From a virus (Duplodnaviria; Caudoviricetes), in the IMG/VR virus record IMGVR_UViG_3300042868_002472, positions 1 through 57,556 of that record: a stretch of 57,556 nucleotides of DNA. The stretch is one strand, 5' to 3'. Positions 1 to 10,400 of this stretch are shown here, in pieces. Numbering within the stretch: the stretch's first letter is position 1; every line of letters starts with the position of its first letter. The notes beneath the pieces were generated by a model. It made no database searches. It saw only the letters and a program-made list of their open reading frames with translations, and had not been told where the DNA came from. A program made the translations under genes and the position numbers.

Positions 1-514
1 TAGTTGCTGTAGCTGTTGTGTTTTGCAACATAGCAGCTGGAACGTTTAATAAAGTACCTAACGCTGTAGAGTTAGAGTCAGTTACGCGAATAAACGCAGC
101 TGTACCTGGAACAGTTACGCCAGAAGCGATGTCTGAATCAACTTGGATAGCAGCCAATGTGCCCCCTGGAGTTACGCCAGAAGCAACACCTAAAGTAGCA
201 CGCAATGCGTTAGCTGCACCAGAAATAGTACCGCCAGTGCTAACTGACATAGAGATGTGCGCACCGTTAACTGTGCCAGCTGCAGCTGCGCCTGCGCCAG
301 TTACTACAGAGAATGCACGCAATGTTTCTCCTGAACCTGTAGATGTGAATGTCAACTTGTCATAAACAAGACGAGTATCACCTGTAGTTGCAGATGTTGT
401 TGCGTAAGCTGAATTAATGTTGCCAGCAGTTGTTACCACTACTGGAGCTGAAGAAGTACCAGAGATAAAGCCGTTTAAGCTCGTCACTGGGCCTGTGAAG
501 GTGGTTGATGCCAT
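1..514 (-). CDS. virion structural protein, 3'-truncated by the window edge (not in ORF track)
   Basis: Manual translation from ATG at 514 gives MASTTFTGPVTSLNGFISGTSSAPVVVTTAGNINSAY..., open to position 1. AAGGAAA RBS upstream. T/A/G/S-rich. Lies downstream of the capsid gene. Confidence 0.75.
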   Translation of the reverse strand, partial: MASTTFTGPVTSLNGFISGTSSAPVVVTTAGNINSAYATTSATTGDTRLVYDKLTFTSTGSGETLRAFSVVTGAGAAAAGTVNGAHISMSVSTGGTISGAANALRATLGVASGVTPGGTLAAIQVDSDIASGVTVPGTAAFIRVTDSNSTALGTLLNVPAAMLQNTTATAT

Positions 515-528
515 GATAATTTTCCTTT

Positions 529-599
529 TTGCACAAGTCGCTTATTAGTCTGTGCAACGTCCGCTGGAACGGTCTAATAAGCTAAAATAGTAATTCCAG
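529..599 (-). ncRNA. candidate structured cis-regulatory RNA (double pseudoknot) in a 5' leader
   Basis: Four perfect pairings on the minus strand: CUGGAA/UUCCAG, GCUUAUUAG/CUAAUAAGC, CCG/CGG and UUGCACA/UGUGCAA. Two of them cross. The element ends just before the RBS. Confidence 0.6.
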
Positions 600-602
600 A
601 AT

Positions 603-1064
603 TTAATTAACGATAAAGTGAGTATGCTTCTTACAATTCTCAGAGCCTGCAATCACTTGCAAATTCATTGGGACGTGTAGTCCAGACACCCGTTTACCTT
701 GTAACGGTATTACATGATCAACATGCCATTCGAAATTAAAAAGTTTGCTGCGTATTTGCGCCAAATCGTACGCCTCCTCAATTAACCAAAAGTCGTCAGC
801 ATCCAACCACCCTGGTGTTCTTTGAAGTAGCGTCGCACGACGTTTTGCTTCATACGCAGCTCTCTTTTCAGGATTATTAATAGCCCACTCTCGATTGTAT
901 ACGGAGCGTTGCTCCTTATGCATATCTCGATTGAGTTTCTTTATTTCCTTACGTTTCTCTGGATTAGCTACAGCCCATGCTTTCGCACGGGTTATAGTTA
1001 GCTCGCGATTACGAAGATACCATTCTCTACGTAAGCGTTTAGCATTTTCTGCATCGCGAGCCAT
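603..1064 (-). CDS. free-standing HNH homing-endonuclease-like protein
   Basis: C-terminal WHVDHVIPLQGKRVSGLHVPMNLQVI..SEN motif. Basic N-terminal WAxxNPEKR repeats. Confidence 0.8.
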   Translation of the reverse strand: MARDAENAKRLRREWYLRNRELTITRAKAWAVANPEKRKEIKKLNRDMHKEQRSVYNREWAINNPEKRAAYEAKRRATLLQRTPGWLDADDFWLIEEAYDLAQIRSKLFNFEWHVDHVIPLQGKRVSGLHVPMNLQVIAGSENCKKHTHFIVN

Positions 1065-1070
1065 GTTTGC

Positions 1071-1985
1071 CTAGATTCCGGCGGTGCCGTAAGCGGCTCT
1101 TGGGTCAGTCCAACCTAGGCTGTAACGCTCTGTTGCTTTATAACGCATAGAGTCAGTCTCAAAGTCGCCTTCCATCGATTTTTCCAAACCACGACGCATA
1201 ACGATTTTCAAACCTTCTGGCGCGTCTGTTTTCACCCACCAAGCGGTGTTTGAAGTCAAACGAGACATGTTAGCTTGACCGCCAGATAATAGACCCATTG
1301 ATTTAATCGGGTTCAAGTCGTTGTCTGCTGTACCAGCGCGTAACACACTGTTCAACAATACTTCGCCTTGGAACACGTTAGATGGGCTTAGAACTAGTTT
1401 TTGTGGTACTAAACGGATACGTTTACCGTTGTTGTCCACAGCTTGACGGATTTGAACCAAAATTTGCTCTAATGATGTTTGAGACAAAGCGGCAGCAGTA
1501 GTTAACTGGTTGCTGAATGTACCATTCACGATTGGGTGAGCAGTGTTGATCAATGAAACACCGTCGCCACCTTGATAGGCGTTATTGAATGAGTTATTCA
1601 ATACGTTGGCCGCTAGTGTTTCTTTTGTTTCCACAAGTGATTGTGCTAAGTGTTTAGCGTACGTTTGACCGATACGGATATGATCACCATCTTCTACCAA
1701 GACTTTAGTCAAGGCAAAAGCTAGGCCATATACTTTGTACCAGTAGCGTTGTGCAAACAAGACACCACCAGATTGGTAAGTAACTGCCATACCATCAGGT
1801 AATTCTGGAGCTGCACCAAAGCCGTACAACACTGGCTCTTCATGGTAGTTACGTTTGATACCTTGAACCTCATCAAACACGCCTTTCCACTCATCAGCAC
1901 GTTGGCTATAAATACCGTCAAAACTTTCGTTAAGGATCGGCTCAACAATGGACCTAAAGTCCGTACTTCTCATTGGGGTTGCCAT
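1071..1985 (-). CDS. major capsid protein (HK97 fold, Mu gpT-like family)
   Basis: 304 aa. Motifs GGDGVSL...HP, LVLSPS and RYKATERYSLGWTDPRAAYG. Position after scaffold and decoration genes. Strong AAGGAGG RBS. Confidence 0.85.
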   Translation of the reverse strand: MATPMRSTDFRSIVEPILNESFDGIYSQRADEWKGVFDEVQGIKRNYHEEPVLYGFGAAPELPDGMAVTYQSGGVLFAQRYWYKVYGLAFALTKVLVEDGDHIRIGQTYAKHLAQSLVETKETLAANVLNNSFNNAYQGGDGVSLINTAHPIVNGTFSNQLTTAAALSQTSLEQILVQIRQAVDNNGKRIRLVPQKLVLSPSNVFQGEVLLNSVLRAGTADNDLNPIKSMGLLSGGQANMSRLTSNTAWWVKTDAPEGLKIVMRRGLEKSMEGDFETDSMRYKATERYSLGWTDPRAAYGTAGI

Positions 1986-1998
1986 TTGTCAGACCTCC

Positions 1999-2604
1999 TT
2001 AGATAGACGCTGTTGGATACTTGTAAGCGTGTTCGTTGATACGAACGTACGCAACAACATAAGCATCTGTTAGCGATTGGTTAATGTTAGTGGCAAAACC
2101 AGTGATTTGGAACTGACCAGTACCTGAGCCTTCGATAGCAGCTAATTGCGCTGTTGAAAGACCTGTACGAGTAGAGCCACCTGGAGCAGCAAAGCCAGTA
2201 AAATCACATTGTTCACCTACAGAAGTTTGAACGCTATCAGTACCAGCAGTGCCTGGATTTGTGTATTGTGCTTCAAATAATGTTTCAGGATCATCGTACA
2301 CGTAAGCAGTGATATACGTTGCTGTTGTGCCACCGATCCAGAATGGTGATATTGAAGGTTTACCTGTTGAATCTAAGTATTCAACGCCAGCTAAAGTACC
2401 AAGCAATGTTACGCCTGCGACTGTACCTGTACGTGAACCATCAGATGTACCTAATTGAATTACACCAGTGTCTACTAATTTCACGGGATCATTTGAAAAA
2501 ATGTTCGTGGCGTAGGTGCTGGCAATTGTATAAGCTTTCGGACGAATCTGACCACTGTTGTGGAAAGAAGGACGAAAGCCAAACGGTGCGCTTGTTGAAG
2601 ACAT
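1999..2604 (-). CDS. putative capsid decoration/cement protein
   Basis: APFGFRP N-terminus and VYDDP motif. Immediately upstream of the capsid gene. Confidence 0.55.
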   Translation of the reverse strand: MSSTSAPFGFRPSFHNSGQIRPKAYTIASTYATNIFSNDPVKLVDTGVIQLGTSDGSRTGTVAGVTLLGTLAGVEYLDSTGKPSISPFWIGGTTATYITAYVYDDPETLFEAQYTNPGTAGTDSVQTSVGEQCDFTGFAAPGGSTRTGLSTAQLAAIEGSGTGQFQITGFATNINQSLTDAYVVAYVRINEHAYKYPTASI

Positions 2605-2631
2605 ATTGTCTCTCCTTATTACTAATTGAGA

Positions 2632-3174
2632 TTAGGTCAAGTCAAATTGAGCTCGACCTGCATTTTTCCTCAAATCCTGCGTACCATCACCTTCAAACAC
2701 ACGACTGCCGGTACTTTCTGCTTGCTGCTTAAGGAACTCGGAAGTATCCGTTAGCTTTTCTAGCTCACGCAAAGGTGCATCGTGGTGCGCCTCTTGCATG
2801 TACTTCTCATAAAGAGAAAGTGGTAGCTTGAACGCAAGCATCTCATTAACCCCAATAAAGCCAACCCATTCACCTGTCTTAACAGATGTTGATTCCCAGC
2901 CAGGAATGTCTTCTGGCTTAATGGCTTCGTAACCCAACCTCATACGCATATTTATCGTATCTCGTGGGTTTGTAGTGGTCAACCAGCATACATGGTAACC
3001 AGGTATTTTTGGTAGATCAGGAAGTGAAGATTGGAAGAACTGTTGCCGAAATATATCTAGACGGTCGGAATCAGAGATTTCACGATTTTCTGTGACAGCA
3101 CGATTTTCCATCGTACGATCCCCACGACCATCACCTACAGTTTTCTTTAAACGTTCATCATTTGTATTTGTCAT
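2632..3174 (-). CDS. conserved head-module hypothetical protein
   Basis: ORF track gives 2632..3186. The GGAG RBS favours the ATG at 3174 (MTNTNDERL). Confidence 0.6.
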   Translation of the reverse strand: MTNTNDERLKKTVGDGRGDRTMENRAVTENREISDSDRLDIFRQQFFQSSLPDLPKIPGYHVCWLTTTNPRDTINMRMRLGYEAIKPEDIPGWESTSVKTGEWVGFIGVNEMLAFKLPLSLYEKYMQEAHHDAPLRELEKLTDTSEFLKQQAESTGSRVFEGDGTQDLRKNAGRAQFDLT

Positions 3175-3236
3175 TACTTGCTCCATTCAGCAATTGAAAA
3201 AATTATATTCCACATTTTAAATAAAATAAACATATA

Positions 3237-4190
3237 TTAATTTCTATTTTGTTTATCGTATTCAGCATAACGCTTAACGTAGCGTTGACGTAGTACGGGA
3301 TCATCCCAAACACCGGCCTCTTGCATTGCCGCCTTACGCTCAGGAGAAATATAAATTTCCTTGCGCGTTGATGACGGTGCGTGCTCACGACCAGAGCCTA
3401 CTGCGGGACCGCCAGCTGGCTTTCGTGCCGCTGGCTCCTTAAACTTCTCAGGGAGGCGACGCTTAACACGACTGTGTAGCTCATCCCAATAATCTTCAGT
3501 GCGTGGATCGTATCCCTCTTGTGAAAGACGCGCGTCAATTGCTAACACAATTGCCGAATCCTCGTCCTTACCAGCCGGATCGTACCACTTATTCTCAGCT
3601 AAAAACTCTTTAGCGTAATGCATTACCTCAGTATCAACACCCTGTTGCTTGGCTTGCGGCGGTTGATACGTTGATTGCTGTTGCTTGGTTTGCGCTAGTT
3701 GCTGCGCCTTAGCCATAGCTTGATCACGGTAACGCATTGCCTGTGCAACATCCTCACCGTTACCAGCCTCAACCGCGCGGGCAATGATTTTTTCAGATGT
3801 CTCAACCTCATACACCGCTTGCTGAATTTGCTGATCAATCTGACTAAGACTGCTTTGATGCGCGTGTGTCTCAACTGCACCAACACGACGCTCTAGCTCA
3901 TCGTTGCGAGTGCGTAAGAAGTTAAGCTCTAACTTATCACGATTAATCGCCTTCTCACGACGTTCTTTTCTTTCACGCTTTTCTTCACGGCGACGGGCGC
4001 GGATAGTTTCAATGTCGACCCCATCTTCGTCGTCTTTAGACTTGAGGCTACTGTCTTCCTCATCGTCGTCGTCTTCGTCTTTTATTTCTTCCTTTTCCGC
4101 TGGTTTACTAACAGCAACGTACTCGGTATCCTCTGAATCTTGTTCTAAATCTTCATCGTCCTCAACTATGAGGTTTTTATCTTCTGCCAT
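3237..4190 (-). CDS. putative capsid scaffolding protein
   Basis: Very acidic N-terminus and long coiled coil. Lies between portal and capsid. Confidence 0.65.
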   Translation of the reverse strand: MAEDKNLIVEDDEDLEQDSEDTEYVAVSKPAEKEEIKDEDDDDEEDSSLKSKDDEDGVDIETIRARRREEKRERKERREKAINRDKLELNFLRTRNDELERRVGAVETHAHQSSLSQIDQQIQQAVYEVETSEKIIARAVEAGNGEDVAQAMRYRDQAMAKAQQLAQTKQQQSTYQPPQAKQQGVDTEVMHYAKEFLAENKWYDPAGKDEDSAIVLAIDARLSQEGYDPRTEDYWDELHSRVKRRLPEKFKEPAARKPAGGPAVGSGREHAPSSTRKEIYISPERKAAMQEAGVWDDPVLRQRYVKRYAEYDKQNRN

Positions 4191-4206
4191 TACTAGCTCC
4201 TTTCAG

Positions 4207-4611
4207 CTATAAGAAAGCACGGATTTTTAATGGATCGACTGTTACTTTACCAATTAAGTCCGTATCTTTAAAAATTACAAACATTGCTGTGGTTTCTTTA
4301 TCGATGGGTACTTCCCAACGATCACCACCATACTTTGCTACTCTTACAAAGTCACCCTTTTCACACCAAGCGCCCTCTGGCCATGACTCCATCGTGTTGC
4401 GGTTCTTAAAGGCTAGTGGGCCAACTGTCACTACTCGACCAACCTGCGTGTTCCATTTCTCGGTCTCTGTAGTCTCAGCCTGTAAAATAATACCGCCAGC
4501 TGTTTTAAGTTTTGGTGCTCTAATTTGTACTAAAACATAACTACCAAATGGTGTTATGCCTGGGTCTGCGTTTGGGAACGCGTCATTCAGCGTTTGTTCA
4601 GACATCATCAT
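4207..4611 (-). CDS. groES: GroES/Cpn10-like co-chaperonin
   Basis: PFGSYVLVQ...KTAGGIIL...GRVVTVGP...GDFV...KYGG...IFKDTDLIG matches the Cpn10 pattern. Confidence 0.8.
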   Translation of the reverse strand: MMMSEQTLNDAFPNADPGITPFGSYVLVQIRAPKLKTAGGIILQAETTETEKWNTQVGRVVTVGPLAFKNRNTMESWPEGAWCEKGDFVRVAKYGGDRWEVPIDKETTAMFVIFKDTDLIGKVTVDPLKIRAFL

Positions 4612-4780
4612 CCTCTTTAATTGTTGATAAAATTATTTCTACAGCACGCTCTAATCCAGCGTACATCCCCACCATGCGTCCGTATTCAAACACATCATGT
4701 GAATTGGGTGTACGGATCGCAGTCGTTGCTACTTGTGACTGCGCTTCCGTTAATAAACTTATTACCTTGTCAATGTTCAT
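4598..4780 (-). CDS. hypothetical protein
   Basis: 60-aa helical ORF whose ends overlap both neighbours, suggesting translational coupling. Confidence 0.6.
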   Translation of the reverse strand: MNIDKVISLLTEAQSQVATTAIRTPNSHDVFEYGRMVGMYAGLERAVEIILSTIKEDDDV

Positions 4781-4902
4781 GCTGGGATTGGTTTAGTAAC
4801 CGGTGCCGTCCCAGGTAATGCCTTGCCGTTTAAGTTAGCGCCCATTGCCATGCGTTGGTGCTGTGATACTGCTTGTGAATCTTTTTGATTAGGTGTTGCC
4901 AT
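4777..4902 (-). CDS. small hypothetical protein (41 aa, not in ORF track)
   Basis: MATPNQKDSQAVSQHQRMAMGANLNGKALPGTAPVTKPIPA*. AAGGAGA RBS. ATGA overlap with the next gene. Confidence 0.6.
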   Translation of the reverse strand: MATPNQKDSQAVSQHQRMAMGANLNGKALPGTAPVTKPIPA

Positions 4903-4913
4903 GTTGTTTCTCC

Positions 4914-7412
4914 TTAAGGATTAGGGTTGGGGTTAATACCGGTGCCCGTAGTCATGCCGAACTTCTCGCCACTTAGTACTTCTACTGCTGCCAGTTCTTT
5001 AGCTGTTGCATTATCAGCCTCGTTCATTTGCAACCTAGCTGCCAAGTCGGCTTGCTTGCGTGCGTCTTCACGATCTTGCACCAGCTGCTCACGTTGCAAC
5101 ACAGCCTGCTCTTTACGATCAAGCTCTTGCATACGCTGAGCCAAGTCTTGCGCCTTGAGTGCGTTCTTCTGTTGCGCGTCCTTAGCTCGCTGATCAATCG
5201 CAGCTTGCTGAGTTTGTTGTGCCAACTGAGCCACAGCCATCGTTGGATCTTGTGGGCCAGGGCCTTGCATCTCCATAACTTGTTGCTCAAGCTGCGGCAT
5301 GATTTGACTCAATGATCCTAGTTGTTGCTCAATCACAGCCAATACTTGATTAATCACTTGAACTTGCTGCTCAGAGCTCTTATCAATCATTTTCGTGTCT
5401 TGCGCTGTATTAATGGCAGAGTGCGACTCGGCCAAGTAGTACTGAACAATATGATCGCGCAAGTGCGTGATGATTAGAGGCAAATAAGTACGCGCAATCA
5501 CTGGATTTTGACCAAATAACGGGCTTTGCAGGTAAGCTAAGTGCACATGCAAGTGAGCAACGTGGTCTTGTTGCGGTAAAACCATGATTGGTCTGTTCAT
5601 TGACGCTGCTGCGTTCTCAGACGCAGGGTCCATGTCCTGTGCTTCAGGTTTTTCAACCAATAAGTCCTCAGAATTAGGAATTTTTAGCTGTTTTAGGAAT
5701 AATTCTTCAACTTTGCGGACGTCATACACCATTGGCAACATTGTCGCGCGCTGTTGTACCGCCTGAATCTGCGCAAAACGCTGTGTTTCACTGAAAACAG
5801 CTGGGTCAGAGACAGGAATGACGTCCATCGGACCGTCAAAGTCACTCGGATCGACCATTTTCTCGCCAACCTCGTCCATAACCATGTCTTCGGTGAGGTA
5901 CGCACTGTTTAGACGGTGCACAACCTTCAAGACTTGGTTCATGGAGTTGTGTAGGCGAGCGTGAATTGATGAAAATACCACCATCCCTTGCTCAATTAGC
6001 GCCAAAGTCGTGCCTACTGGTGCGTTCGGGTTCTGATCGTACAGTTTTTCAAAGGACGTTTGAACCACACCCTTACCGGCGTCAACTAAAAAGCCTAGCA
6101 ACTGCATTAAAACAGGGCTTGGTGGATTAAACGGTATCGGCATTGCAATCTTACGCACGTCATCGATGTTAATGCCACCCTCAATCTCTACCACTTCGGT
6201 CGGTTGCGGGTTAAGGTTCTGGCCGTTAGGGCCACCTTTTAGTTTTAACATCGTTGGGATGTTCTGTATGTGCGCAGAATCTAACAGCGCACGCAATGCG
6301 CCTGTCGCTGCGCCACTCAAGCCGCCAATCATTTGCGTCAAGCCGATTGGGTACGCGCCGCGCCAAGGGATGAATGGGAACTCAACCATGTTGGTAAGGT
6401 TGGCGCGCGTATCATCGTCTGGTGCCCAGTTACGGTACACGGCCAAACACTTGCCGGTCGCCTTGTCAATTGTAATCAGGTACGGATCAAACTCGTCACC
6501 CTCAATGTCTGCGTGCGTATCGATCTCAAATATAGTACGCAGGCCGTCCTCGTTGTAAGAGTTCTCCTCACGTCCCTCAATCTTGTCATTAGCCTTAGAT
6601 GCTTTAGAGTACTCAATCTCATCAGGTAGACCTAGATCAACGTCACGGTACATGCCTGTGCTTACACGCTTCTCATACTCATACTCAGTCACATACTGGA
6701 CGTGCGTCTTGCGCTCAGCCGAGTAGTAGTTAGAGGCCGCGAACGGTAGGTACACATCATCGACAGGCACGAACTCACTGGTAATGCGGTTCTTGGAGTG
6801 ATCAAAGTACAGCTTGAGGTACTGCACGCCGCCTAGTGGCAACTGAGTGAACAGCTGCTCAAGGTCAGAGCGGAACTCAGGCATCTGCTCAGTTAGCTGC
6901 CAGTTCATGTAGGTCGCCTTGCGCTCGGCCTTCTCTGACTTCTTAACGTCAGTCTTACCAATAATCTTAGTGCGTACTGGACCGTGCGGTGGGAACAGCT
7001 CCTTCATGGCCCTCGCTGAGAAGTCAACACAGGCCTCGGTCATCATCGGGTGAACGACCTTGTTAGCGCCAGTGAACTGCGCCCCACCTGGTGCATCATC
7101 GCCCAGGCCAGTGCGACGGATACCCTCCTCGTACTGCTCGTCACGCTTCTTACGTGCTTCCTTGTCACGCTCAATCTTATCTAGCAAGTCGTCAACTAAA
7201 GTTTGCAACTCTCTAGGATCAATGTCATCAACAATATTAGCGAAGTGCTCTAACTGCGTCGCGCGGTCTTGCTCGTTCTCAAGCGTAACCATCGCACCAC
7301 CATCATCGGTGTCCGTTACGCCCGTGTCTTCCTCATCGAGCTCAATGTTCTCGCCGTCTTCGGTGTTGCCTTCGTCTAATACTTCTTCGTCAATAAACTT
7401 GTCTTTAGCCAT
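4914..7412 (-). CDS. portal protein (P22-like, long Q-rich C-terminal barrel)
   Basis: 832 aa. VHPMMTEA and YMNWQLTEQMPE motifs, coiled-coil C-terminus. Lies downstream of terL. Confidence 0.85.
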   Translation of the reverse strand: MAKDKFIDEEVLDEGNTEDGENIELDEEDTGVTDTDDGGAMVTLENEQDRATQLEHFANIVDDIDPRELQTLVDDLLDKIERDKEARKKRDEQYEEGIRRTGLGDDAPGGAQFTGANKVVHPMMTEACVDFSARAMKELFPPHGPVRTKIIGKTDVKKSEKAERKATYMNWQLTEQMPEFRSDLEQLFTQLPLGGVQYLKLYFDHSKNRITSEFVPVDDVYLPFAASNYYSAERKTHVQYVTEYEYEKRVSTGMYRDVDLGLPDEIEYSKASKANDKIEGREENSYNEDGLRTIFEIDTHADIEGDEFDPYLITIDKATGKCLAVYRNWAPDDDTRANLTNMVEFPFIPWRGAYPIGLTQMIGGLSGAATGALRALLDSAHIQNIPTMLKLKGGPNGQNLNPQPTEVVEIEGGINIDDVRKIAMPIPFNPPSPVLMQLLGFLVDAGKGVVQTSFEKLYDQNPNAPVGTTLALIEQGMVVFSSIHARLHNSMNQVLKVVHRLNSAYLTEDMVMDEVGEKMVDPSDFDGPMDVIPVSDPAVFSETQRFAQIQAVQQRATMLPMVYDVRKVEELFLKQLKIPNSEDLLVEKPEAQDMDPASENAAASMNRPIMVLPQQDHVAHLHVHLAYLQSPLFGQNPVIARTYLPLIITHLRDHIVQYYLAESHSAINTAQDTKMIDKSSEQQVQVINQVLAVIEQQLGSLSQIMPQLEQQVMEMQGPGPQDPTMAVAQLAQQTQQAAIDQRAKDAQQKNALKAQDLAQRMQELDRKEQAVLQREQLVQDREDARKQADLAARLQMNEADNATAKELAAVEVLSGEKFGMTTGTGINPNPNP

Positions 7413-7421
7413 TTATATTCC

Positions 7422-10400
7422 TTAATTACAGTTCCAACGTTTTAACGATGCTGCCTTACGTGTAGGGTTGCCTTGCTCATCCTTCATTGGCCCAGGCATG
7501 CCTGACATGCGTGCGCAGAATGACTTGCGTCGTCCTGCGTCTGCCTTTGTTTTTGGATTTGGTGCCGGTGCCTTTAAGTTAGAGCCAGTGGCTGCATTGT
7601 ACTTGGCTCTTCCCTTTGCTGTTAGCCCTGCGCCCTTTGACACAGGCAGCTTCTCGCCTCGGCCAACAGACAATACAGGCCCACCCTTAGCGAAGCCTGG
7701 CACTGTTTGTTTAAACTCATACATCGCATCATAGTCCACCTCGCCACCATCTGCAAATGCGGGCGTCTCTTTTTTATTCCAGAACGGTGACTCACCCATC
7801 GCCTCACGCTTGTTAGCGCTGCGGATGGCTGTGGCCACTGCGTCCTCAGGCACGGTGCCCGTCTCACGAATGTAATTGATGTCAGCTGGGTGCATGCCCT
7901 CAACGATGCTCGGCATCTCACGGCCGTCCACGTTGATGGAGTACTCGGTCATCACGTCACGGCCGTTAGGCATGCGGATCTCGCCCAAGGCGCCAGTGTC
8001 CTTAGCCTCGCCAGTCTCACGGTTGCCGTAGTCTTTAAACTCGTACATCTCGTCGTAATCAGTGCCATCAGTCTCTACCGCGCCGCCATCTGCAAAGTTC
8101 TCTTCCTCGTACTGTGGCAGCATCTTAGATGAGCGCTTGCCGTAATCGGCTGATCGTCTTTGTATCTCGTCCTCGGTAGCACGTCTGCCGCGCTCCTTGA
8201 TCCCAGCCTCAACGCCGGCCATGTTCTCGTAGTAGTCACCGACGGCGTCGCTCTTAGGGCCAGTGAACGGTGAGAAGAAGTAGTCGGTGTACTGGTAGGC
8301 CTTGCCCATGTCCCTAGCCACGTCAGCTGGGATGTCTTGTCTGACACCGAAGTCGTAGCCACCGCCGTAGTTGATTGCCACATCAAGCGGCGAGCGGTTC
8401 ACTCGTGAGTTGCCGAGGTCGTCTAGGTACTTTTTCTTTAACGCCGATGAGAGCGCGTCTGGGTACTTGCCGTGCTCAGTAGCTTGCTCGTTGTATTGGA
8501 TGCGGTACTTGGCCGCCTTCGCTAACAGCTTAGCCTTGTCGAGCATCGATAGGTTGGCGAACGGGTCGCTCACCTTACCGCCCTCGTCCATGTGGACTGG
8601 GCCGCCTTCTTTAAATACTTTAGGAAAAATCTTAGCGTCACGAGGGTCACCTTCATGAAGGCTTCTATATATTGGCTCTGGACGAACCAATGGCTGCATC
8701 TCTAGCTCTTTCTTAAGAGCCTCGATGTACTCCTCTTGCGATTGTCTTGGTAGTCCTGAGCGCAAATCACCATAAGGTAGCACCTCAATAAGCGTAGCCT
8801 GATCACCTAGCTTATTCAAAGCTCTAGTGCGATGACGGCCTTCATGGCCAGTCATGTAAGGCTTTAATGGTATACCAACCTCGTCCTTACGCATTTGTAA
8901 GTATGGAACGTCAGAGAATCCGCTGTCTGTGGCAATCTTCGCCAAGTAGTCGATGTATTCATCATGGCTCATGAAGCTCTCTAAATCAGGGCTGTAGTTC
9001 TTATTGCTGGAAAATGATTTGCTTAACGGTTGCGCCCATTCTTCAAACTCCGACGGCCGCATAATAGTCAATGCTTGAGCGGTATCGCCTTTGCCAGTGA
9101 ATGCGTTCTTTAACGCGTTCTTGGTGTACTGCTGCTCAAGGTTAGGTACCTCATCGGCTGCGCGCTCTACGCGTTGTGCTCCGTAACGGCCATTGTACTT
9201 GGCCACTAGGTCCATCAAGTCCTTAATACCAGAGCGAACTATGCCGCCACCAGCGAACGCAGGTAGGCCTTGGTTAATCACGTAGTCACGTATCTCTGGC
9301 GTGATGTCGAAGCCCATCTGCTCAGACACGTTGTTGCCAAGTTGCACGCCGATAGGTTTAACGCGCTCCGTTACACCCATTGATTTCAGTATGTCGTTGG
9401 CCGTGCTGGGTATGATTTGATCGTAGTACGTCCTCATACCTTCGCCGCCGACCTGTAGATCCAAGCCAGATAGCGTCCTTGGTTGTGGTGGGGCGGCAAC
9501 GTCGCCGTATATTGATGGCTCTGCCTCCCATCCTACGCTAGTGCCTACTGGTGCCTCTGCGCCCTCAGTCTTAACAATCTTCTCTGCTATGTCTTTACCT
9601 AATTGATCAGCAAGCTGATCCTGCGTTAGGCCATCTCTTGAAATAACCGTTTGGCCATTTTTTATTGCTGAAAAGCCGTAGGTACCGTCAGGATTCATCC
9701 TATGATTTATGCTATCAATCTGCGTAGCCAGGTTGTAACGATTAGCCTGCTGCGTGCCAGTGGTCCAGGCCAAATGGCTTTGCCCCTCGTCAACCGCGCG
9801 CTCGATGGCTTTCTTCAAGCCCAACGCTGTCCAGTCGCCTGTGTCTTCGACGTATGGTCCGCGAGGTATGCCTTTTTCATTCTCATACATATTTCTAATC
9901 ATGGCTTTTGAGTTGTCGTCTAACTCTTCCCAGGGTGTTGCACCAACATTGGAAGCTTTTTGATTGTAGTACTCTTCTATCGTATTAGGTCTAAACCCTC
10001 TCTTCCTACCCTGCTGCGCCCAGTCTGACTGCAACTCCTCTAGGAAGAGCACGTCCTTGTTGTCAGGTGTAAGCTTAATGTTGGTGCGCAGGTGAGCCAA
10101 GACGTTGGGCTCGTCGAAGTGACCAGACCTAAAGTTAGATGGGTCACGGAGAACATCGCTAAGGTTGGGCTGATCAAACTCACGCACCACCCAGTCAGGG
10201 TTGTTGTTAATCTTCTCAAGCGTGCGCATCGGTATGGGCATTGTGCCACTAGCGAGGACGGTTCCGTTAGCGTCTGTAATCTCAAAGGCCTTATCCATTC
10301 TGATTTTAGGTGAGCTTGTGTTTGCAGGTAGATGGATAAGCGTCTCGGTGTAGTCCTCGCCGCCTGGCAACACGTACTTGCCGTACTGGGTCTCGTCGCT

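Noticed and set aside
18-365. Plus-strand 115-aa ORF and the many other short antisense or nested ORFs in the track
   Set aside because: They are shadows of longer, motif-bearing genes on the opposite strand or in another frame, and I saw no recognisable motifs in them.
603-1985. Group I intron in the capsid gene carrying the HNH
   Set aside because: The capsid ORF appears complete with its own stop, and only 6 nt separate it from the HNH, leaving no room for an intron core.
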